Position numbers and translations under genes: made by a program. Below are positions 40,993-48,691 of a stretch of 64,000 nt of DNA, piece after piece; the first letter of the stretch is position 1; each line of letters starts with the position of its first letter. Source of the DNA: a virus. Taxonomy: Duplodnaviria; Caudoviricetes. The notes beneath the pieces are model-generated. The model did not search any database and was not told the DNA's origin. It saw only the letters and a list, made by a program, of their open reading frames with translations. The stretch spans positions 3,188 to 67,187 of the IMG/VR virus record IMGVR_UViG_3300021400_001239; one strand, written 5' to 3'.

Positions 40993-42247
40993 TTTGAATA
41001 TTTACCTCCTTGTTAACTGCCTCAGGTTTCTCTGTGTTAGCGCTCTGTTGATCAGCATCAGTCATTTTATCGATGTTAGGATTCAACAGAGTATCGGCTC
41101 CAGTGTCGCTAGACGGTTTAAGACCGAGAAGCTGTCTGCCCTCATTGGGCGTTATGATACGGTTCGGTATAAGTACACCAGACACCTCAGCAATCTGAGA
41201 AACAGTAACCAGATTAAACGGATTAGGAAAATGCTTAATAGTTTCCCCTCTTGTCCTAGCGTTCTTTGTTAAAAATTTCCTTCGCATCTCGTTTGTAACT
41301 GCAGAAAGCAACGGCTCTATAATTCTGTTCCGGTAGTTAAGCATTTCGGAATCACTAGCGGAACCGTCCAACACCGCCTTTGTTATTCCAAGTTGAGCAA
41401 ATAACATGTCTGTCAGATATTCGATCTGTGACATTAAATTGTTCTCAACTGGTCTGTTAAGCTGCGTTATGTGTTCTGTACCGTCTGTATAGGCGATACC
41501 GTATTTGGAATTAACGAGCTGTTCTTCAATAGATGCCCTACGAGTTTCGGCCTGCGCCTTTCTGCGTTCAGTATTGATGATGTGAGGAAATGAAATAATA
41601 AGATCCAGTTTTCCAGAACTATTCTTTTCGTCGAGAATATCAAGAAGTGCGAGTTTACGTATGAGTCGCTGCATCGTTGAGTTTGGTTCATTCATTACAG
41701 AATAGAATGGATTCTCAACAAGACATGTCATACGCTTTTCTAGCGTAAGCTCTTCTTTGCGACCAGACAACTCGTTATAAACTTCGACCTTAACATGCTG
41801 CGGATACCACTGTATAACACGACCCGTACGCATTGTCATGACATCGTATGAATCACTAATCGTAGGATCACTTGTCGTATCCACAGGAACAATTGCTACA
41901 ACGCCTTCGTCCAGCATCGAATGGATGACATCTTGAATAAAGTTTCGTCCTGGCTGATCAATATTTGCTTCGATCGTGAGGCAGTTGTTTATTCCAGAGT
42001 CTTTGATGTCTGTTAGTCGTTCTTCTTTATCGAGAACAACGTGTTTGATATCGACCGAAGCACAGTCAACCGAAAATCTAGTTAACACCGCAGTAACAAC
42101 CGACTTGTCTCGCCTATAAGAGTATCGCCAATGATCTTGACGATAAAAATAAGATGGGCCGTAGTCAGTGTAAGGAGTCGGATCTTTATTAAAAAAGGCG
42201 TTCCAAGCAGATCTCGCTCTGGCGCCAAACGTCGAAAATATTGGCAT
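40979..42247 (-). CDS. portal protein
   Basis: Position between terminase and capsid; LDEGVVAIVP, ENPFYSVMNEPNST, TPNEGRQLLG. Confidence 0.88.
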   Translation of the reverse strand: MPIFSTFGARARSAWNAFFNKDPTPYTDYGPSYFYRQDHWRYSYRRDKSVVTAVLTRFSVDCASVDIKHVVLDKEERLTDIKDSGINNCLTIEANIDQPGRNFIQDVIHSMLDEGVVAIVPVDTTSDPTISDSYDVMTMRTGRVIQWYPQHVKVEVYNELSGRKEELTLEKRMTCLVENPFYSVMNEPNSTMQRLIRKLALLDILDEKNSSGKLDLIISFPHIINTERRKAQAETRRASIEEQLVNSKYGIAYTDGTEHITQLNRPVENNLMSQIEYLTDMLFAQLGITKAVLDGSASDSEMLNYRNRIIEPLLSAVTNEMRRKFLTKNARTRGETIKHFPNPFNLVTVSQIAEVSGVLIPNRIITPNEGRQLLGLKPSSDTGADTLLNPNIDKMTDADQQSANTEKPEAVNKEVNIQNEET

Positions 42248-42259
42248 TTTGAATTCTCC

Positions 42260-42973
42260 TTACGAACGTAATGTATGAACTGTTGCTGCGATAGTAGCCA
42301 CTGTTGCTGCCATAGATAAAGCTGCTCCGCCGTACTTAAGAAAATCGTCTACCGCTTTATGACCACGCACAGACTCATCGGATACGGCTTCACGATAACG
42401 ACGTTCGAGACTTTTACGATTAATATAATCGTTCATTTCTTTGTCAGTCATGTTTGAAAGATCAAGCTTTTCTGCACTTCTCTCTGCCTTATCGCGTCGA
42501 GTATCGCGTAACAACGACGTTGTTTGACGTGTTAATTCTGCCGTTTTATTGTAGATGTTACTTTTATTGCCGTAATCTCTAGCAATATTCTGCTCAATCT
42601 GACTTAAAGCTGACCCAGCATCGTCTGGATGAACACGACCTCTCTTATCAATCCGGATAGACTTTGAATTATCATCGCCTTTTTTCTTGTTGGAATTGTC
42701 GTTGTTGTTTTCCTTTTGTTTTTCTTTAGTAGTTTTTGTCGATGTCCGGCTTTTAAGACTACTGTCATACTCGGTGGTTTTTATACGTCCTTTAGCCTTT
42801 TCAGTGAACGAACCATCTTTATTAAGATATTCGTCATAGACGCTTCCACGATTAGCCCTCGCAAAACTTCTTAACCCACTAGGCCCTGACGCGAATCGCC
42901 CCAGCTCATCGTGCCACTTGTTAAAATGATACAGTTCATTAACATATCGTCTAAACGGAGGCTTTGTACTCAT
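42260..42973 (-). CDS. putative internal virion protein with ELYHFN motif
   Basis: N-terminal NELYHFNKWHDELGRFAS; located in the head module. Confidence 0.55.
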   Translation of the reverse strand: MSTKPPFRRYVNELYHFNKWHDELGRFASGPSGLRSFARANRGSVYDEYLNKDGSFTEKAKGRIKTTEYDSSLKSRTSTKTTKEKQKENNNDNSNKKKGDDNSKSIRIDKRGRVHPDDAGSALSQIEQNIARDYGNKSNIYNKTAELTRQTTSLLRDTRRDKAERSAEKLDLSNMTDKEMNDYINRKSLERRYREAVSDESVRGHKAVDDFLKYGGAALSMAATVATIAATVHTLRS

Positions 42974-44721
42974 TCGAATTCCTCCACGTTTAATTTGTAA
43001 GCTACATAAGCGTCCATCATAGCAGCGACAGCGTCGATCTTTTGCTCATGACGACGTTTGTATAGTTTTCTGTTACCATTAGTGTCTTCGAGTGCTACAC
43101 AGTTTCCCATTGCGAACTCCATCAACTCTTCGTCAAATAACAGGAGTCTCTCCTCCGCAAGCTTCTTTAACTCGCCGAGAGGAACAGATTCTGTCCGAGC
43201 ACCCTGAATGACTTTTTCAACTCCGACCGGACCGTTCTCGCCGATCCATCGTGCAACAAAATCTTTTGCATTATATGGATCGTAACCAAAACATCTGACA
43301 TCATACTGACAGTTGTCGATGTGCTTGATTAGATCTTCATACACAACGATCATGTCTAGAACAACACCAGGCATAACAATAAGACTGCCCTCCGCTATAA
43401 AGTTCTCATACTTAGCGTGCATAGCAGCCGGAAGTTTTGCCATTGTTGTTTCTGTAATGTAGTCTCTTGTCTTGACTCCGAACGCTCCATTTTGAAGTGG
43501 AAACAAAAACGTAAAAGCACAGAAGTCATCACCTAAAGACAAGTCAGCTCCAAGCGAGCAAGGCATCTGCCAGAACTCTCTTTGACGATGTCGGAGTGTC
43601 TCTTCATACGTAAAGAAATACGTATGACCTTCCATTGGAATGCCAAATCTCTTTGCAAGAATGTCATTTCGTTTGGAGGGAACGTTTTCAGCTGTCTCCT
43701 TATCGATCTGATAAGTCTCGTATGAAACCGTCACACCCAGATTAGGATTAGCTTTAATCCACATGTTAGGGTCGTCCACTTCTTCGATAGAATCAAGACG
43801 GTACCACCAGATAGACACGTGAGGATTCTTGTAGTCTCCTCGAAGAATGTCCATTAGCTCCATTTTCATCGTATCGCCGATACCATTTCGAGTTGTTCCC
43901 TCTGAACTGGCAGCGATGATGATATAGTCAGGAGCAAGACCCTTTGCGCCGCCCTGTTCAATTGCGGTCACGGGATCTTCCGGTAAGTCGCCAGAAAGCC
44001 ACTCGTCAAGCGTCGCGTACTTTACTCGGAGACCCTGAAGTTTGTTTATTTTCAGTGGACGAATTTCGAGATATGAATTTGTGATAAAACTCTCAATGCC
44101 CTTCTTAGTGCTGGCTAACTGCTGTCTAGCAGAACGAGCTCCAGTAGTGTTCTGAAGAGAGCCCATTGTCAGGAATTTAAAGAGCGGACCTTTTGCTCTA
44201 GTGATTGCCGTTGCGAAAGGCTGAGTGACTTCTTCCGACTGCTTCATTGTCGGGGATGTGGTTATCTGATGTGTAGTAGAAGTGTCTATAAGAAGACCGT
44301 AGGCATGTATGCAAGTGAGGTATAAAGACTTAGCTGCAGATCGTCCAACGATAAGGTACTGTTTATTAACCAGTCTTTTCTTTACTCGTTTTAAGACATA
44401 ATGACCGCCACGATTATTCCTCTCAGGAACGTAAACACTTTTCTCAATGAAGTAATACCAGCAGAAAATGTCTTCTGCCCAAAGTTTAAAAGCATCCGTT
44501 AGAACAAGATCACCACCGTCGGTTAGCGTGAGCTCTCCTTCGCAGAATGCTATAAAACCCTCTAGTACTTCGTCGTCATAGTACATATTCGGATCAGCGA
44601 TTAGATCGTCAATCCTATTCATCTGGAGGGAGATCGTTTCGCAAACAGGAATCTCTCCTCGAATTACGGCATCTCGAAACATGCCGTAGTATTTTGGTAC
44701 AGCAGTGTTTGAGAGTGCCAT
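42970..44721 (-). CDS. terL: terminase large subunit
   Basis: Walker A IVGRSAAKS, Walker B LDEW, nuclease GADLSLGDD and KIDAVAAMMD. Confidence 0.92.
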   Translation of the reverse strand: MALSNTAVPKYYGMFRDAVIRGEIPVCETISLQMNRIDDLIADPNMYYDDEVLEGFIAFCEGELTLTDGGDLVLTDAFKLWAEDIFCWYYFIEKSVYVPERNNRGGHYVLKRVKKRLVNKQYLIVGRSAAKSLYLTCIHAYGLLIDTSTTHQITTSPTMKQSEEVTQPFATAITRAKGPLFKFLTMGSLQNTTGARSARQQLASTKKGIESFITNSYLEIRPLKINKLQGLRVKYATLDEWLSGDLPEDPVTAIEQGGAKGLAPDYIIIAASSEGTTRNGIGDTMKMELMDILRGDYKNPHVSIWWYRLDSIEEVDDPNMWIKANPNLGVTVSYETYQIDKETAENVPSKRNDILAKRFGIPMEGHTYFFTYEETLRHRQREFWQMPCSLGADLSLGDDFCAFTFLFPLQNGAFGVKTRDYITETTMAKLPAAMHAKYENFIAEGSLIVMPGVVLDMIVVYEDLIKHIDNCQYDVRCFGYDPYNAKDFVARWIGENGPVGVEKVIQGARTESVPLGELKKLAEERLLLFDEELMEFAMGNCVALEDTNGNRKLYKRRHEQKIDAVAAMMDAYVAYKLNVEEFE

Positions 44722-44838
44722 TTTAAATTAATCCTCGAAATATACGTCTATAATAATTCGATTGGTGAACGGACGACAAACGAGAAGAGCTTGAATTACA
44801 CGCGTATATTCTTCTCCTCTCATAAAAGGGGCTGTTTT

Positions 44839-45579
44839 TTATGCGTGCTCCTTGTACATTACTTCGAAGAACTGCTTGTGTACTTTCTCAGGATCTATCT
44901 CCGAATATTCTTTATTTACTCGCTCTTCAAGTTCCCGGTTATAGTATGGCCTATCCGCTATATAGTCTGTATATTTTACCAAAGCCTCCCCCTTCCGTTT
45001 AACGTATTCCGCAAAATCGTAATCCCTAAAATACCGATCTTTTTCTTCATCGGTAGAGTTGGCTGGATCAGCAATCATCCTTTTTGCGTCGTTAGCCGCG
45101 GTTATGGATAGACGCTTGGCAGATAACAATAAATGCTTGCCCTGCATTCGCGGATCAAGATGGTTTTCTTCTGGGCCTCGATCATTAAGATTGTTTATTT
45201 GATTTGCTTCTATTAACGCACGAGCAACTTGTTTTTCTTTATCCGGATTATACTTTCCGGTATGAATATTATAGTAGTCCGGTGCGGAAACAAGTTTATT
45301 AGCAGTGTCGTGCAACTCTTTGACTCGGGAACGAGCAGCGTCGTTTGTGCCGTCTCCATATTTTTCTTTCAACCTTTTACGTTCAGCGGCTTCGTCGGCT
45401 CTTGCAGTTCTAATCTTGTCTAAATAATCCTGGCCGTCGAACTTACGGAGAGCAGATTTTACACTACTGATTATTCCCTTAGGACAAGAAGTGAACTTAC
45501 CATCCTTAGGATCATGATTCGGGTTAAAATGATACAGCTCGTCCTTACGGTACTGCATATATCTCTGATGTGCACTCAT
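44839..45579 (-). CDS. putative internal virion protein with ELYHFN motif
   Basis: N-terminal DELYHFNPNHDPKDGKFTS. Confidence 0.55.
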   Translation of the reverse strand: MSAHQRYMQYRKDELYHFNPNHDPKDGKFTSCPKGIISSVKSALRKFDGQDYLDKIRTARADEAAERKRLKEKYGDGTNDAARSRVKELHDTANKLVSAPDYYNIHTGKYNPDKEKQVARALIEANQINNLNDRGPEENHLDPRMQGKHLLLSAKRLSITAANDAKRMIADPANSTDEEKDRYFRDYDFAEYVKRKGEALVKYTDYIADRPYYNRELEERVNKEYSEIDPEKVHKQFFEVMYKEHA

Positions 45580-45923
45580 GTTTTTTCTCCAGGATCGACC
45601 TCGACGTTAAGTCTAAACGCCAACTCCGAAATAAGATTCTCGGTTGACTGTGTGACGGTTGCACTAGTCGGAGGATCGAACAGCATTTTTACACGCAAAT
45701 AAATGTAAGACTTAACCGCTTCAAGCTGCTTAGGGGAAGTGAGAAAATCGCCCCAGACGGCACTATCATCTGAAATACTAAAGCCTGTTTCCGGTCCAAC
45801 GCCAAGTTGCATAAGTACCATAAACACAGTGTTGATGTGCATGATTATATCAGCGTCAAAGTGCGTATAATCCTCAGTAATGCCGAGCATCTTCTTGATA
45901 GAAGTAAGAATACTTTCTTGCAT
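45576..45923 (-). CDS. head-tail connector protein
   Basis: MQESILTSIKKMLG...FD.DIIMHIN, VKMLFDPPTS. Confidence 0.75.
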   Translation of the reverse strand: MQESILTSIKKMLGITEDYTHFDADIIMHINTVFMVLMQLGVGPETGFSISDDSAVWGDFLTSPKQLEAVKSYIYLRVKMLFDPPTSATVTQSTENLISELAFRLNVEVDPGEKT

Positions 45924-45996
45924 TTTGATTTCCTCAAATAAACCAGCTTATGCACTCAAGCACGGTCATAAAATGTTTACGGTAGTCAACAGGCTT

Positions 45997-46221
45997 TCAA
46001 ACCTCATTCAACGCCTTCTCAGCCGCTTCCTTGGTTTTGGTATGATCGGTGAGCTGTCCGTGCTTCTGCATGTACCATTCGAGATGTCTGGCATGTGTCA
46101 TCTCTTCTTTGGCCATATCGCGGAACATTCCTTCATTGGTCTGCTTGTACAGATCAACATACTCCTGAACGCCCTGATACTCTTCATCCAAATGCTCATT
46201 CAGTTTCTTATAGTCAAGCAT
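45997..46221 (-). CDS. small ferritin-like four-helix protein
   Basis: LDEEYQGV.EY ... MAKEEMTHARHL (ExxH). Confidence 0.5.
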   Translation of the reverse strand: MLDYKKLNEHLDEEYQGVQEYVDLYKQTNEGMFRDMAKEEMTHARHLEWYMQKHGQLTDHTKTKEAAEKALNEV

Positions 46222-46594
46222 CTTTGTCCTCCTCGGTTTCTTTTTTCACATACTCCGCAAGCGTCTCGACATCACCTCTACGGAAAGTCAGTGTGTTCTC
46301 TGTTGATGTAATAAATTTGATCGGTGGAATAGTGACAGGAATGCCGTCGTATTCTTTGATAAGATTGTTAAGAACGCTAAAGATCACTTCAGTGTCATAC
46401 TTACCGTCTTCACCCTGAAGAATAGCAGCAACGATAGGATTGCTAAGAAACGGATCCAGAATCTCTGGCTTAGCGTTTACAGCATAAAGAGCCGCGGATA
46501 AAACCATCTGCGTTGGCTTATCTGAAATATGAGGAATGACTTCTACTTTGATATACCTAATTACTGCATTTAGCAGTTCTTTCTTCGTAACCAT
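46214..46594 (-). CDS. hypothetical protein
   Basis: MVTKKELLNAVIRYI; coupled to the next gene. Confidence 0.55.
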   Translation of the reverse strand: MVTKKELLNAVIRYIKVEVIPHISDKPTQMVLSAALYAVNAKPEILDPFLSNPIVAAILQGEDGKYDTEVIFSVLNNLIKEYDGIPVTIPPIKFITSTENTLTFRRGDVETLAEYVKKETEEDKDA

Positions 46595-46688
46595 TTTATG
46601 TCCTTCCAAAAAGACAGAGCTGCTAAACCGAATCGCCGGAGTGACAGCTCTGCCCAAAAGTTTAGAGTATTAAGTTGGTTGTTGAATC

Positions 46689-47213
46689 TTAGCCGTTAGT
46701 ACCAGTAGCGGCTGTCTTAACAGTTCCACCAGCTGCAGTGATCTCAACAGGACCCCAGCCGGGCATAACAGATCCGTTCGGAATGACGAGCTGGGTCATC
46801 TGCTGGAGCTGGGCAACCTGTCCCTGGATGCACCCGATGAGTCCCTGCTGTGTTGCGTTCCAAACCGACTGAGCGCTGAGCTGCTGCTGAACTCCAGCAA
46901 ACTGCATACCCATCTGGTTCTTCACATCATCGATCTTGCCATTCATCTTCTCTGTCAGATCCGCAATCTTCTGATCGGTGTACTTGTTGGACTCAAGTGC
47001 TGCGATCTTAAAGTCGCGATCAGAAATTTCTCTGTACAGGCCCATATCGTGTCTTGTCACAGGAATGTCTCCTTCGCTCCTGGGACCTCTCGGACCACGA
47101 GGGCCAATGTTAAGAAGATCCAGACCGCCAGCCCCGTTCAGAGCTCCGAGTGCGGTGCCAATGATACCGGTTGCAAGACCGGCGTTTCCTACTGCTCTAC
47201 TTGCGTATTCCAT
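46689..47213 (-). CDS. hypothetical protein (Gly-rich N-terminus, coiled coil)
   Basis: RAVGNAGLATGIIGTALG; RBS GGAG. Confidence 0.6.
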   Translation of the reverse strand: MEYASRAVGNAGLATGIIGTALGALNGAGGLDLLNIGPRGPRGPRSEGDIPVTRHDMGLYREISDRDFKIAALESNKYTDQKIADLTEKMNGKIDDVKNQMGMQFAGVQQQLSAQSVWNATQQGLIGCIQGQVAQLQQMTQLVIPNGSVMPGWGPVEITAAGGTVKTAATGTNG

Positions 47214-47304
47214 TTCTGTCCTTTCTCCAACTAAAGTATGGAATAAGAAGTGTTGATAAGTTTCTATCTCATCTCAACCGTTGCGCACCAGTTGAAGGGT
47301 GAGT

Positions 47305-47730
47305 CTAAATCTTCCACGGCGACGTATCACCAGGTCTTCGAGGGCTATAGTCTTGAAGTAGCTGGTTTGCGTCGCCATAGTGTATTGCGTTATGTGTTGC
47401 ATGACTAACACAGATTAGATACTCGGGATTCATCATATACTCAGGATCGTCTTCGAGAAAATCGTCAACTGTAATCGGATTCATATGATGAATAATTACT
47501 TTGCCCATGATCGGGGTCTCCGGAATGCCTAAATCACAGCCATTGTCTCTGACAATAACCAGATCTCTGACGTGTTTCCACTCAGCGGATCTATAGAAAT
47601 TTTGATTTAGGTATCGATCCCATCCGAATGTATCTTTACCAACTTGACCCGTTAATTTCAGATAGGCGAATCGTTCATTGAAGGTCGGTAGCTTAATCAG
47701 CTCTGAGTATGTTCTAATCTTCGTAGTCAT
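47305..47730 (-). CDS. HNH endonuclease (packaging-associated)
   Basis: RDNGCDLG, IIHHMNP, LICVSHATHNAIH. Confidence 0.85.
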   Translation of the reverse strand: MTTKIRTYSELIKLPTFNERFAYLKLTGQVGKDTFGWDRYLNQNFYRSAEWKHVRDLVIVRDNGCDLGIPETPIMGKVIIHHMNPITVDDFLEDDPEYMMNPEYLICVSHATHNAIHYGDANQLLQDYSPRRPGDTSPWKI

Positions 47731-48079
47731 CAAAGTATTCCTCGTCAGGTTCCTCCTCGTCGTGGCCGCGATATTTGGAGAATACTCTGATAGCCTCGGC
47801 AAACATCTCTTCGGTTCGTTGCGCAGATTCGAGATGATCTTTCTTAGCGGCCATCAGTTCGTTTTCGGCCTTGAGTTTCTCGCACTCGAGTCGGGACTTC
47901 TCTGTTCCGAGTTTGAGATAGTGTGAAATAACCTGTGATGAAGCTGTTCCTTCTCGTAATTGTTTCTCGGCTAACTCAGTTGCCAAGAATATTAGTTGAT
48001 TCTCCCTCGCTTCGGGAGTCAACGCTGGTCTTACAGCTCGGATCGTCTCTGAACTAGAGGCTTTCTTTGCTCTTCCCAT
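47714..48079 (-). CDS. terminase small subunit (putative)
   Basis: ARENQLI.LA..LAEKQLREGTASSQVI.HYLKLG; first gene of the packaging module. Confidence 0.55.
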   Translation of the reverse strand: MGRAKKASSSETIRAVRPALTPEARENQLIFLATELAEKQLREGTASSQVISHYLKLGTEKSRLECEKLKAENELMAAKKDHLESAQRTEEMFAEAIRVFSKYRGHDEEEPDEEYFDDYED

Positions 48080-48122
48080 TAACTTTCAACTCCTTTCCTA
48101 GGAGATTTATTAATATTTCGAA

Positions 48123-48258
48123 ATGTTTTACCTAGTTTTAAACGCTGCTGAGGAGGTGTCAGAAAGGAGATCGAAAAACCACACACCAAACACTCACCGT
48201 AGGAGGATCAAGGAACGTGAGCAAATTTTTCAGCAGCGTTTAAAACTAGGTAAAACAT
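48123..48258. repeat. 29-bp perfect inverted repeat with a 78-nt spacer
   Basis: ATGTTTTACCTAGTTTTAAACGCTGCTGA (48123-48151) and its exact reverse complement (48230-48258). Confidence 0.9.
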
Positions 48259-48378
48259 CATTTTGAATTTTTCCTCCGGAGAAAATTTGAAGACCGGCCG
48301 CGATGAAGGAGGGGGTGCCAATTTTACGACCCCTCCCCCCGGGTACCGTCAGCCTTCTCCGGCCTCTAAACATATAAA

Positions 48379-48606
48379 TTATTCTGTAATTGCTCTGTAA
48401 AGAGTTGGATTGAGCTTGAGTAATTCATCAATTGCATGACTGATTTCAAGTTTGTTTTCGTATTCAGAGAATAATTCTGAAGTATTAGCGAATTTAGCCA
48501 AAAGTCTACAAGTATCATATTCATGTAAAACATCAAACTTAAACCAATTAACAAAATCGTTTAGAGGATCAAAAGGATTATCATAAGTTGTGATTGCAAT
48601 ATTCAT
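48379..48606 (-). CDS. conserved phage hypothetical protein
   Basis: TTYDNPFDP...W..FD motif; RBS AAGG. Confidence 0.6.
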   Translation of the reverse strand: MNIAITTYDNPFDPLNDFVNWFKFDVLHEYDTCRLLAKFANTSELFSEYENKLEISHAIDELLKLNPTLYRAITE

Positions 48607-48691
48607 TTTCTTTTTCCTTTAAACTATTTATTTAATGTATTAAATAATATTTATTTATATACTAATGTATTATGTAATACATTTAACTTGA

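Noticed and set aside
42690-42720. AAC-rich stretch as a possible DGR template repeat
   Set aside because: It encodes NNNDNSNKK inside a CDS and has no similarity to either variable region
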